The notes: generated by a model from the letters alone, not told the origin. Shown: positions 9,032 through 18,142, counted from the first letter of the stretch. The stretch is DNA of 64,000 nt from Gammaproteobacteria bacterium (GCA_013288885.1 JABDBA010000001.1:556025-620024), one strand, 5' to 3'. Program-made: numbers and translations.

Positions 9032-9622
9032 TTAACTCGCTTTGCCAGCTTCTGCTTCAATATCGATTTTTACTTCATCACTTATTTTAGGAACATATGT
9101 GCCTAAGCCAAAATCAGAGCGTTTAATGGTGGTGTCTGCGCTAAAACCGGCTGATTTTTTCATCGTGTAAGGATGCATTCCGATAGTGTTTAATTTCACA
9201 TTTAAAATAGCAGGTTTAGAAACACCGTGTATGGTGAGTGTGCCATATACTGTGGCGCTATCTTTACCGGTAACATCCACTTTGGTGCTAGCGAAAGTCG
9301 CAGTAGGGAATTGTGCAGCATCAAAAAAATCTTTGCTTTTAAGATGTTGATCAAATTCAGGAATGCCAGTGGCAAGATCAGCGATGTTAATAATTACATT
9401 GACTTTGCTATTTTGCGGATTCGCTTCGTCTAATACCAGCGAGCCATTGGCGATAAACTTGCCCGATACTTTAGAAAAACCATAATGGTTTACAAACCAC
9501 AGCGCATAGGTATGGTGTGGATCAAGCGTATAAGTTTCGGGTGCTGCTTGCACGGGCACTGTAAAAAATAATACGAAGGGGATTAATAAGGCAATTAATG
9601 GTCGTAAGAAAATAACTTTCAT
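9032..9622 (-). CDS. yceI: YceI-family protein
   Basis: Signal peptide, YTLDPHHT, HYGFS, HLKSKDFFDAAQFPTATF, LTIHGVSKP, KRSDFG. Confidence 0.95.
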   Translation of the reverse strand: MKVIFLRPLIALLIPFVLFFTVPVQAAPETYTLDPHHTYALWFVNHYGFSKVSGKFIANGSLVLDEANPQNSKVNVIINIADLATGIPEFDQHLKSKDFFDAAQFPTATFASTKVDVTGKDSATVYGTLTIHGVSKPAILNVKLNTIGMHPYTMKKSAGFSADTTIKRSDFGLGTYVPKISDEVKIDIEAEAGKAS

Positions 9623-9654
9623 GGGCTCTCCTTGTTATGGTTAATAAGATAAGT

Positions 9655-10242
9655 TTAATTCGTTTTTGCACCTTCAGCTTCTATTTCAATTTTTACATCA
9701 TCACCAACGCCGGGCAATAGAGTAGTGATATCAAAATCAGATCGTTTGATGCTTGTGGTTGCAGTAAAGCCCGCAGTCTTTTTATTGGTAATGGGGCTAA
9801 TATCAATTTTATTCAATTTTACATTTAATGTAACTGGTTTGGTGACGCCATGCACCGTCAACATACCTTGTACTTGCGCAGTATCTTTACCTGTGGTGGT
9901 TATTTTATCGCTCACAAAAGTAGCTGTCGGAAACTTAGCGGCATTGAAAAACAGATCCCCTTTCAGATGTTCATCTAACTCTTTAATGCCAGTGACTAGT
10001 GTATCAACTTGAATTATCACATCGAGCTTACTGTTTTGTGGGTTGGCTTGATCTAATGTCAAGGTGCCATTTGCCATCCATTTACCCGAGGGGTTGGAAA
10101 ACCCAAAATGACTGATGTGCCAAAGTACATAGGTGTGATTCGGGTCGAGGGTATAAGTCTCTGGCGCAGCTTGCACGGGCAATGAAAAAATCAACATTGC
10201 CGACGCAAATAAGATAGATGTTAACTTTAAAATAAATTTCAT
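9655..10242 (-). CDS. yceI: YceI-family protein
   Basis: Signal peptide, YTLDPNHT, HFGFS, FPTATF, GMLTVHGVTKP, KRSDF; AAGGAG RBS. Confidence 0.95.
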   Translation of the reverse strand: MKFILKLTSILFASAMLIFSLPVQAAPETYTLDPNHTYVLWHISHFGFSNPSGKWMANGTLTLDQANPQNSKLDVIIQVDTLVTGIKELDEHLKGDLFFNAAKFPTATFVSDKITTTGKDTAQVQGMLTVHGVTKPVTLNVKLNKIDISPITNKKTAGFTATTSIKRSDFDITTLLPGVGDDVKIEIEAEGAKTN

Positions 10243-10343
10243 GGGGTTTTCTCCTTAGCAAGTTCAATGGCAGCGCGCAGTGTACACTATTTATTAGAAA
10301 AAATTGAGTATATGATAGCAAATAATACGGTTGGGGGATTACC

Positions 10344-12152
10344 ATGACGATTGATTTACTGCACATGCTCAAAGCATGTAAGCTTTTTTCTGCTTTAGAT
10401 GATACTGCGCTCGAAGGATTGATTACAAAATTTGATAAAATTTATCTGCATAAGAATAAAATTTTATTTCGTCAAGGATCGCTGGCCGACGGCCTTTATG
10501 TATTAGTTAGCGGTAAACTTTCGGTTATTTTGCAATCGCAGCATCAAGTTAAAAAAATTATTGGCGAAATTAATGTGGGGGAGACCACCGGCGAATTAGG
10601 TGAGCTTACCCATGGGCGGCGTTCCGCGACCATAAAAGCTCTCGAAGATTCTATTTTACTCAAGTTGTCGAGTAAAGAATTTAAAGAGCTTTGCCAAAAT
10701 TATCCTTCTGTTATCCACGAAATTATTAATACCTTGGCGGCACGTACCCACAATATTCTGCAATTATTTTCATCGGAAGAGGGTACAGTAAAAAAACATA
10801 TTGTTCTTGTGCCCGCTAGTAAAAAAACGGTGTTAAAAGATTTTGCTGAAAAAATCGCCGCACAAGCAGCGCATTTATCGGACGTAGTTGTATTTTCAGA
10901 TTATGACGAGAAATTTCGCGAACATCATAACACCGAAGCAAAATTACAGCGCGCAATAGATGAGTCAGAAAAAAAAGATAAAGCCATTTTATATTTGCTG
11001 GAGTCGTATAGTTCTGCATTAGCAACGGCTGCTTTTAAAAAAGTCGATAAAATTTATATTGTCGGCAATGGTAGTGCTAAGCCTTATATCAGTCGTTTTA
11101 TCCTCGAAAAGTTTACCGCTAAGAAAATAGCGGACCGTATTAAACCGGAACTTATTTTATTGCATGAAAAAACTGAACATCTGCCGCAATATACTTCAAG
11201 ATGGTTAAAGTTAGCAAAATTTGCTTTATATCATCATGTTCGTATCAATCTCGACAAAGATTATCAGCGGGTACTGCGTTTTATACGTGGCAAAGCGCTG
11301 GGGTTGGTATTGGGGGGTGGTGGCATAAGAAGTTGGGCGCATTTGGGAGCACTCAGAGCATTGCACGAATGTAATATTCCTATCGATGCGATCGGTGGCA
11401 CGAGTGGTGGTGCTATTGTGGCAGGTTATTATGCGATGTACGAAAGTTATGAAGATATTCACTCTGCACTTGCAGAGCTTTCGGAAGTGACGCGTAAAAC
11501 AGTGTCGGTAAAAAATTTAACTTGGCCTGCAATTTCACTATTTAGCAGTAAAACTTATACGCAGCAACAGAGAAAAATGTTTGCTAGTGCGCGTATTGAA
11601 AATTTGTGGTTGCCATTCTTTTGTATTTCTTGCAATCTTTCTAACGACACCCAAGTGATTCATCGTGGCGGTTATTTATGGAAAGCCATTCGCAGCAGTA
11701 CATCTGTGCCCGGTGTTTTTCCGCCAGTGGTCATTAAAGGAAAATTGCATTTAGATGGGGGTATCTTAAATAACTTACCGGTTGATATCATGAAAAAATC
11801 TGTCATGGGTATCGAAAATGTAGTCGCGGTTGAATTAACGCACAGTTATCGAGACGATAACGAATATAATTTTCCACCGGTGTTAACATTTGGTAAAGCG
11901 ATGATGGCAAAATTGGGTTGGGGTTATCAGGAATATAAATTCCCGCCTTTTGTCGATACTTTTTTAAAATCGTTATTAGCTGGGTCTTCTGCCAAACAAA
12001 AAGAAAATGGTTTGGTGGCCGATGTATTAATAAGCCCTGATCTCTCGCAATTTGGGTTATTAAATATAAGTAAGAAACACGAAAATGAATTGATTGAGCT
12101 GGGATATCAAGCTGCGCTACAAGCGATTCAGAAATGGCAGCGTAAGAAATAG
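10344..12152 (+). CDS. Cyclic-nucleotide-binding patatin-like phospholipase (NTE-like)
   Basis: N-terminal cNMP domain (LFRQG...LYVLVSG...GETTGEL...RRSATIKA); patatin GGGGIR, GTSGG and DGG motifs. Confidence 0.92.
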   Translation: MTIDLLHMLKACKLFSALDDTALEGLITKFDKIYLHKNKILFRQGSLADGLYVLVSGKLSVILQSQHQVKKIIGEINVGETTGELGELTHGRRSATIKALEDSILLKLSSKEFKELCQNYPSVIHEIINTLAARTHNILQLFSSEEGTVKKHIVLVPASKKTVLKDFAEKIAAQAAHLSDVVVFSDYDEKFREHHNTEAKLQRAIDESEKKDKAILYLLESYSSALATAAFKKVDKIYIVGNGSAKPYISRFILEKFTAKKIADRIKPELILLHEKTEHLPQYTSRWLKLAKFALYHHVRINLDKDYQRVLRFIRGKALGLVLGGGGIRSWAHLGALRALHECNIPIDAIGGTSGGAIVAGYYAMYESYEDIHSALAELSEVTRKTVSVKNLTWPAISLFSSKTYTQQQRKMFASARIENLWLPFFCISCNLSNDTQVIHRGGYLWKAIRSSTSVPGVFPPVVIKGKLHLDGGILNNLPVDIMKKSVMGIENVVAVELTHSYRDDNEYNFPPVLTFGKAMMAKLGWGYQEYKFPPFVDTFLKSLLAGSSAKQKENGLVADVLISPDLSQFGLLNISKKHENELIELGYQAALQAIQKWQRKK

Positions 12153-12165
12153 GGGGCTTCCTATT

Positions 12166-12200
12166 CCCCCCTTTGAAAAAGGGGGGTTAGGGGGGATTTT
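12166..12200. terminator. GC-rich hairpin / REP-like element between convergent genes
   Basis: CCCCCCTTT-GAA-AAAGGGGGG followed by TTAGGGGGGATTTT, between the stops at 12152 and 12221. Confidence 0.55.
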
Positions 12201-12220
12201 AAATTTTAGTTAAGAACCAC

Positions 12221-13069
12221 CTAAGATCCAGGCGACAAAATCCTTACAACATTTGGTTGACATGAAGCCGGGGCAGCTTGCACTACCCTCTGTTGTGACA
12301 CGGCCCGTTCCCTTTCATTCACTTGCGCAACAAATGGTGCCCCATATTGCAGTGGGGGAGTTGTTATTGTAATAGTTTGCCCTGGGGGTGGCATAATCCT
12401 CATAAAACTGTCATTGGATCGTTTAAGGCGTTGGTTCTCAAGCCTTAAAGCAGCTATATCTGCCAATTGTTTTTTATTATGTTTTACCCACTCCATATTG
12501 AATGCATTTGCCTTATCTAAGGTATTTTCCAAATCCATCTTGCTGCTTTCCAGCGCAACAATGAGTGTTGATTTTTTCGCTAATTGTTTTTCAAGCAGTG
12601 CCACTTTTTCTTGTAATTGTCTAATTTTTTCAGACTCATCCTGTTTTTCGTCACTAGCAGAAAATGGGATTGGGCTAGATGTTGCTGAATGCGCAGAGCT
12701 TGTGTCGGATCCCATGCTACCTACTGATACTGATGATTGATTACTGCCAGTTGATTCAAAGCTAGCAGTAGAACTTGCAGGAGTGAGTTTAGCAGGGCTG
12801 AGAGATCTTAGTTGAGCATTAGATTCATTATTAACAGTTCCGGCCTGTGTAGCTACCTTGTTGCCTAGATCGCTAGGTTCATTATCAAACACCCATCCAA
12901 ATACAGCTTTTTCTAAATCTTCATTTGATTCCATCTCTAACAGATGGCGAGGATCATCATGTTCACCAATAGCTAAGTGACTGTTGGGTTGGTTTCTCCC
13001 TGTCTGAGATGCCGGTTGTCTATCACCGTTTTGGTCTGATGGAACATGCCACGGTTGTTCTGGATTCAT
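12221..13069 (-). CDS. Hypothetical Ser-rich/coiled-coil protein; candidate Dot/Icm effector
   Basis: GAGG RBS, low-complexity Ser tract, heptad coiled coil (IRQLQEKVALLEKQL...LRLENQRLKR) and a PmrA-type box upstream. Confidence 0.7.
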   Translation of the reverse strand: MNPEQPWHVPSDQNGDRQPASQTGRNQPNSHLAIGEHDDPRHLLEMESNEDLEKAVFGWVFDNEPSDLGNKVATQAGTVNNESNAQLRSLSPAKLTPASSTASFESTGSNQSSVSVGSMGSDTSSAHSATSSPIPFSASDEKQDESEKIRQLQEKVALLEKQLAKKSTLIVALESSKMDLENTLDKANAFNMEWVKHNKKQLADIAALRLENQRLKRSNDSFMRIMPPPGQTITITTPPLQYGAPFVAQVNERERAVSQQRVVQAAPASCQPNVVRILSPGS

Positions 13070-13103
13070 ATAATGCCTCTTCGATTAAAATAAATAATGA
13101 CCC

Positions 13104-13136
13104 ATATTAGCCGATGAACCTTAAGGTTTCCTTAAG
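13104..13136 (-). promoter_or_regulatory. PmrA-type box with -10 element
   Basis: Minus strand CTTAAGGAA-AC-CTTAAGGTT-N7(CATCGGC)-TAATAT. Matches the Legionella/Coxiella PmrA geometry: cTTAA direct repeat with 11-bp period and -10 seven nt downstream. Confidence 0.7.
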
Positions 13137-13254
13137 GAGAGGTACAATTATACGAATAAATGGCATACCTATAAAAACATGACGCAATCTTGATGAGTTT
13201 GCATTGATTAATCGGTTTAAGGCAGGGAAAAAATAGTAGAATTGTCAAAATCCG

Positions 13255-13935
13255 CTAGGATTTTTCCAATAACTTCACAACCGCCTCACCCAGGCTGGCT
13301 GCCGACTGCGGGTTTTGCCCGGTCACTAAGCGTTCATCGACGACTACTTTATTGCTCCAGTTGGCTGCGGGTTGAAATTTTGCGCCGCGCGCCACTAATT
13401 TTGATTCGAGCAAGAACGGCACTACTTCGGTCAATCCCACTTCTTTTTCTTCGGCATTGGTGAATGAAGAAACTTTTTTTCCGTCGATTAGATATTTTCC
13501 ATTGGCGAGTTTAATATTTATTAAAGCAGCGGGGCCGTGACATACGGCGGCGACTACACCACCGTGTTCATAGATTTGTGCGGCTAAATGCGCAAGATCA
13601 TGATTATCTGGGAAATCCCACATCGTGCCGTGACCACCGGCATATACGATAGCCGAATATTTTTGAAAGTCGATTTCATCGGGCCTAAAGGTGTGTTCGA
13701 TCTTATTCATGTAGACGGGATTTTCTAAAAACTTTTTATTCTCTGGGTCATTGAGATCGCGGCTTTTTTCATCCATCGGTGCTTTGCCGCCTTTAGGGCT
13801 GACAAAATCGATGGTAAAACCGGCGTCGGTTAATTTAAAAAATGGGTGAGTTACTTCGGGCAAATAATAACCAGTCTTTTTTCCTGTAGTCCCTAATTGA
13901 TCATGGCTGGTAACAACGATGAGTATTTTTTTCAT
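13255..13935 (-). CDS. DJ-1/PfpI (Hsp31-like) type 1 glutamine amidotransferase domain protein
   Basis: KKILIVVTSH, TGYYLPEVTHP, SPKGG, GGHGTMWD, AVCHGP, TGQNPQS. Start re-called to ATG 13935 with AGGAG RBS. Confidence 0.93.
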   Translation of the reverse strand: MKKILIVVTSHDQLGTTGKKTGYYLPEVTHPFFKLTDAGFTIDFVSPKGGKAPMDEKSRDLNDPENKKFLENPVYMNKIEHTFRPDEIDFQKYSAIVYAGGHGTMWDFPDNHDLAHLAAQIYEHGGVVAAVCHGPAALINIKLANGKYLIDGKKVSSFTNAEEKEVGLTEVVPFLLESKLVARGAKFQPAANWSNKVVVDERLVTGQNPQSAASLGEAVVKLLEKS

Positions 13936-14161
13936 GACGTTTCTCCTTGTTGACGTAACTGTTGCCATAATACTAACCCTGAAAGCGTTCCTAAGCAAAT
14001 CAGCACTAGCGCTAAAGGTAGCTGGGTGTTATCTGCGGGTATGGCAATGAGCGCGGCGAGTACGCCAGTTAACATCGTTTGTAAGCTACTTAACATCGCA
14101 CTGGCTTTACCGATGAACTTGGCCGTTTTGGTGAAGAAAAACGTACCATGGTGAATTAAAC
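13932..14161 (-). pseudogene. 3' remnant of an MFS (Bcr/CflA-like) transporter
   Basis: Open frame ...IGKASAMLSSLQTMLTGVLAALIAIPADNTQLPLALVLICLGTLSGLVLWQQ...* resembles the last two helices of Bcr/CflA. Its TGA overlaps the DJ-1 ATG. Confidence 0.55.
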
Positions 14162-14256
14162 ATTAAAATTAGTGTATGGTATTTACTGGATTTTTGACCT
14201 TTAAGGTAATGTTATATTTCTAATCTGCTTATTCCACTTTTTTTGGAGGAAAAATC

Positions 14257-14535
14257 ATGACTACGCCATTAGCGCAACACCCCGATTTTAGGTTATCTCC
14301 TTCTCTCACCGATCCTGGCTCAATTATCAACAAACTGTTGGCGTTAGAAGGTGCATCTGAAAGAGCAGAAGCAATACGCCAACAACTTCAACTTAAGGCA
14401 AAAAATCCTGCGCTAAATGCAGGGAGAACAAAAGTTGAAACTTGGAATAATTTTAAAGACGAAGCATTAAAGGAAATAGCCGTTTTGCGGTGTTTATCAG
14501 ATTATTGCCTACAAAAAACCCGTATTTCCATGTAA
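14257..14535 (+). CDS. Small hypothetical protein
   Basis: GGAGG RBS, 92 codons, no recognisable motif. Confidence 0.5.
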   Translation: MTTPLAQHPDFRLSPSLTDPGSIINKLLALEGASERAEAIRQQLQLKAKNPALNAGRTKVETWNNFKDEALKEIAVLRCLSDYCLQKTRISM

Positions 14536-14574
14536 AATAAAATCAGTAGGGTATGTATGTTTGCAAGGGTTAAA

Positions 14575-14958
14575 TTAACGAATGATCTGAATTGTAACCC
14601 CTACATTGACTTTGTTCCAAACTTTATCAGCCGACATCACAGGAAGATTTTTTGCTTTGGCAAGCGAAAGGCAAGCACGATCACCTAAGGATAAACCATA
14701 TTGACGAGTATGTTTCCGAAAAAAAGCGGCGATTAATGCTTGTTCACGGTTAAAAGGTTCTGCATCCTCAATAAGGTCATAAACTATTCTTTCAGCTTCA
14801 TTATCAGGGATACCCAGATTAATAAGAACAGCCATCACTTCAGAAACATTTACAGCCGACATAATGGCATGTGGGAGTGATTTTTCAACTTGTTCATGGC
14901 CACTTTCCTGGTTTATAAGTGCCAATAAAGCTGAAGCATCGAGTACAATTTTACTCAT
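14575..14958 (-). CDS. vapC: VapC PIN-domain toxin
   Basis: IVLDASALLA, SAVNVSEV, GLSLGDRACL, MSAD acidic PIN residues; start re-called to MSKIV. Confidence 0.93.
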   Translation of the reverse strand: MSKIVLDASALLALINQESGHEQVEKSLPHAIMSAVNVSEVMAVLINLGIPDNEAERIVYDLIEDAEPFNREQALIAAFFRKHTRQYGLSLGDRACLSLAKAKNLPVMSADKVWNKVNVGVTIQIIR

Positions 14959-15199
14959 CTTGCGCATCCTTCTGCCGCATTGTTTTAAGGATGGTCAAGA
15001 GCGATTTATTTTTTTTATTATATTTCCGGACTAATTCTTGTGCTTTTTTAAGTGAATGCTTAAGGCTATAAACATGTAACTCTTCGTCATCCATCCGAAT
15101 AACCAATTCTTCCCCCGCTTTTAAGTGAAGTTGGCGGCGACACGAAGCGGGAATAACAACTCGGCCATCTTCCCCTAATCTTGTTCTATATTCAGACAT
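14951..15199 (-). CDS. vapB: AbrB/MazE/SpoVT-family antitoxin
   Basis: RLGEDGRVVIPASCRRQLHLKAGEEL swapped-hairpin motif; overlaps vapC. Confidence 0.9.
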   Translation of the reverse strand: MSEYRTRLGEDGRVVIPASCRRQLHLKAGEELVIRMDDEELHVYSLKHSLKKAQELVRKYNKKNKSLLTILKTMRQKDAQDE

Positions 15200-15215
15200 G
15201 ATTTAATCCCTAATA

Positions 15216-15276
15216 TGACATATTAATCGCAGTATGGCGTATAAATCATTAATTGTCAAATATATAAAATATGTCA
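15216..15276 (-). promoter_or_regulatory. vapBC promoter with flanking inverted operator half-sites
   Basis: Minus strand TTGACA (15259-15254)-N17-CATACT (15236-15231); inverted TGACATATT (15216-15224) / AATATGTCA (15268-15276). Confidence 0.55.
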
Positions 15277-15366
15277 GAAATTTAAATTGGGGGGGGGTGT
15301 TTTGATTGATCTATCTCAATGCGAGTTATTAGCGAGAGCAGTTGCTGAAAAAATTAAAAAGGTAAT

Positions 15367-15633
15367 TTAGTTCGCCTTCCACCGATCTAGCTTTGGTATC
15401 TTACGTGTAAAGAATTTCGCCATGAATTTAGGGAATTTCATATCACACATTATATTTTGCACTTTAGTGACCATTTCATGCACTTTAATGTCAGGTTCGC
15501 TAAACTTGCCGTTTAAATAACAATGACTGCAATATTTAGTGCTTTTTGTGCCATTGGCTTCAGAGCCACCACCTTGGGGATCTTTGCTAAGCGGCATTCC
15601 ACAACTTTGACATTGGTTTCCGAATATACTCAT
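15367..15633 (-). CDS. Zinc-ribbon domain protein
   Basis: CQSCGMPL...GGSEANG...YCSHCY..G.F...IPKLDRW family pattern. Confidence 0.88.
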   Translation of the reverse strand: MSIFGNQCQSCGMPLSKDPQGGGSEANGTKSTKYCSHCYLNGKFSEPDIKVHEMVTKVQNIMCDMKFPKFMAKFFTRKIPKLDRWKAN

Positions 15634-15713
15634 AGTTAGGTTGCTCCTGAGTGATAGTAATTGTAGGGTTTTAGCATATAATATGCTCCAGTTAAATAGC
15701 TAAGAGGAATAAT

Positions 15714-16052
15714 TTATTCCCGCATCTGCTTACGTTTCTTCAGATAACAAGAACCCCATTTTTCTAATTGCTCTAATATCGGGCTTAGAGCTTTACCCAA
15801 TTCACTTAACGAGTATTCTACTTTGGGTGGCACTTGTGCATATATTTTTCTGGTAATTATTTTATCGTCTTCCAGTTCACGCAATTGATTGGTGAGCATA
15901 CGTTGCGTGACATGTGGCATAACGCGGCGTAATTCGTTAAAACGCTTCGTTCCATCGATCAATGAATAAAGAATTAGAATTTTCCATTTGCCACCAAGTA
16001 CTCTAAGTATTGCGCTTTCGGGGCAGTTTTCATTATAAGATTTCTTGGTCAT
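15714..16052 (-). CDS. HxlR-family winged-helix regulator
   Basis: CP...LGGKWKILIL, KRFNELRR, TQRMLTNQLRELE, YAQVPPKVEYSLS. Confidence 0.95.
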   Translation of the reverse strand: MTKKSYNENCPESAILRVLGGKWKILILYSLIDGTKRFNELRRVMPHVTQRMLTNQLRELEDDKIITRKIYAQVPPKVEYSLSELGKALSPILEQLEKWGSCYLKKRKQMRE

Positions 16053-16067
16053 CTATTATCTCCACTA

Positions 16068-16141
16068 AGTATATAAATGTATACTATAGGCTATTTTTGT
16101 GCCTACTTGATTATTATATACCAAGTCATTAAACTGTAAAA
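16068..16141 (+). promoter_or_regulatory. Putative HxlR operator and promoter for a leaderless MFS transcript
   Basis: Near-palindrome AGTATATAAATGTATACT (16068-16085); TTGATT (16107-16112)-N17-TAAACT (16130-16135) ending 6 nt before ATG 16142; no SD. Confidence 0.45.
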
Positions 16142-17512
16142 ATGAACATCTTAACAGAAGCAAATCGCAAATGGTGGATACTGGTCGGCGTGAGCATTGC
16201 CAGCTTTCTAGGTTGCATTGATTTTACTATTGTTAACACTGCATTACCGGCGATCCAAACCGGTTTAAGTGCATCCGTGACACAATTGCAATGGATCATT
16301 AATATTTTTATTTTAGCCTTATCTACTTTTATGGTGATTATGGGGCGTTTGGCGGATATTTATGGGCGCCGTTTGCTACTTTATATTGGTATGACAGTAT
16401 TTGGTGTTGCCTCATTGGGCGCTGGTTTGGCAACTAGCATTGATGGACTTATTTTCTTCAGGTTAATCCAAGGCATCTCTTGCGCAATTTTATATACGGC
16501 ATCTGGTGCCATTGTTTCCAATGCTTTTCCGGTTGAAGAACGTGGTAAAGCAATCGGCACTTTATTTGGTGTTAATGGTATTGGTTTAGCGATAGGGCCG
16601 GTCATCGGTGGAATTTTAGTGAGTGCGTTAAGTTGGCGCTGGATATTTTTGGTTAATGTACCCGCTATTTTAATAAGTTTAACTATTTGTTTTATCAGTG
16701 TGCACGAATCACGCAATCTAGAGTCGAGCAAAATCGATTGGTTTGGATTTGTTGCACTGTTGATAGCGTTGCCGTGCTTGATTTTAGGCCTCACGCAAGG
16801 TGCTGCATGGGGTTGGAGTTCAGTCACAACCTTGAGCATATTTGCTGTTGCAATCCTAATGTTTATTACATTCTATTTTATCGAAATGAAAGTTGATGTA
16901 CCTATTATTCAATTTCATTTATTTATTAACCGCATGTTTATTACCAGCATCGTAGCAACCTTTGCATTGGCTTTATTTTACTGCTTAGCTTTTTTCTTAA
17001 TGCCGTTGTATTTACATAATATTCGTAACGAAACCGGTTATATGATCGGTTTGATGTTGTTGCCAACGACAGCAATGGTAGCATTATTATCACCCATTGT
17101 GGGTAGGGTAGTCGACAAATTCGGCGCTAAATTGCCGTTAGTAATTGGTTTTATCTTTTTTACTTTGTCGGCTTTTTTACAAACGCAATTTGCAGAAAAT
17201 AGTTCGCTATTCTACATTTTGTTAGCATTTATTTTTATGGGAATCGGTTGGGCTTGCATTCTAGGGCCTTCCACCGTGGCGGCACTTTCATCATTGCCCG
17301 AAAGCATGGGCGCAGTCGCTATGGGTTCATCTTGGACTTTACACAATATCGGCGGCGCAGTTGGTTTAGGCGTAGGCGTGGTTGTTTACCGTATTTATGC
17401 GCAACAATCTTTTATCCATGGTTATCAAGCCGCGATGTGGTTGCTCGTCATCAGCTCATTACTAGCGCTGGCGATTATTGGGTTTGGGATGAGGAAATTG
17501 GCATCAAGTTAA
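16142..17512 (+). CDS. DHA2-family (14-TM) MFS efflux transporter
   Basis: DFTIVNTALP, GRLADIYGRR, GPVIGG, WRWIFLVNVP motifs. Confidence 0.93.
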   Translation: MNILTEANRKWWILVGVSIASFLGCIDFTIVNTALPAIQTGLSASVTQLQWIINIFILALSTFMVIMGRLADIYGRRLLLYIGMTVFGVASLGAGLATSIDGLIFFRLIQGISCAILYTASGAIVSNAFPVEERGKAIGTLFGVNGIGLAIGPVIGGILVSALSWRWIFLVNVPAILISLTICFISVHESRNLESSKIDWFGFVALLIALPCLILGLTQGAAWGWSSVTTLSIFAVAILMFITFYFIEMKVDVPIIQFHLFINRMFITSIVATFALALFYCLAFFLMPLYLHNIRNETGYMIGLMLLPTTAMVALLSPIVGRVVDKFGAKLPLVIGFIFFTLSAFLQTQFAENSSLFYILLAFIFMGIGWACILGPSTVAALSSLPESMGAVAMGSSWTLHNIGGAVGLGVGVVVYRIYAQQSFIHGYQAAMWLLVISSLLALAIIGFGMRKLASS

Positions 17513-17551
17513 AGTAGGAAAATTGCTAGTGCGACTAATATATAAAAATAA

Positions 17552-17980
17552 TCAATGCCCCCGCATTTTCTTTTTCTTCTTTTCTTGGCGCAGATCAAAT
17601 TTTCGTTGTAGATGTGCTTCTTTTGCAGCTTTTGAAATTTTCTTTTTTAATTTCTTGTGGGCTTCAAGCTCTAATCTTAAAGCTTCTTGAGCTTTAGATT
17701 CTTTTTTTACTGATACATGTTTTTTCACTTCTTGTCGTACTTCGCGCGATATTCTCTTAAAGTTCTTTCTTTTTATAATAAGTTTAATATTATTATTAGG
17801 TTTGCTGAAATTAAGTACATAAAAATGGCTAGCAACAAATTCATAAAGCTCAGGGTCAGACGGTTCATCACCAAAAACCTGACGGGCAACAGCGTAACCT
17901 TTATCGTCATTTCTTTCGAAAATGGCAACAAAAAATGGGTTTTCGAATAAAACAGTAACTTTAATGGTAGATTGTTCCAT
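17552..17980 (-). CDS. yjdF: YjdF (DUF2992) family protein
   Basis: TVLFENPFFVAIFER, VFGDEPSDPELYEF, SKAQEALRLE, KFDLRQEKKKKKMRGH. Confidence 0.88.
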   Translation of the reverse strand: MEQSTIKVTVLFENPFFVAIFERNDDKGYAVARQVFGDEPSDPELYEFVASHFYVLNFSKPNNNIKLIIKRKNFKRISREVRQEVKKHVSVKKESKAQEALRLELEAHKKLKKKISKAAKEAHLQRKFDLRQEKKKKKMRGH

Positions 17981-18059
17981 TATATTTTATTTTGGAGATA
18001 GCAGAATCAGACGTGCCAAAGATGACTTCGGGTAGGGGTGATGGGATATTTTTTTCCAT
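17961..18059 (-). pseudogene. Short ORF resembling the N-terminus of a large Fic-family protein (remnant)
   Basis: MEKNIPSPLPEVIFGTSDSAISKIK...* (32 aa). Resemblance is from recall of the family, not a search. Confidence 0.35.
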
Positions 18060-18142
18060 TAAGCGTGTTTCTCAGGCGATAAATGTCAAATATTTTCCAT
18101 TAAGAGGGGAAAAATGTCAAATTTTTTAGAATAAGCCTATTA

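Noticed and set aside
10344-12152. CBASS-type patatin effector
   Set aside because: NTE-like cNMP-patatin architecture with no neighbouring CD-NTase.
15289-15297. G9 tract as a phase-variation switch
   Set aside because: Intergenic and outside the predicted vapBC promoter spacer; no evident target.
17981-18140. yjdF riboswitch
   Set aside because: No recognisable multi-stem structure by eye; needs an Infernal search to be certain.
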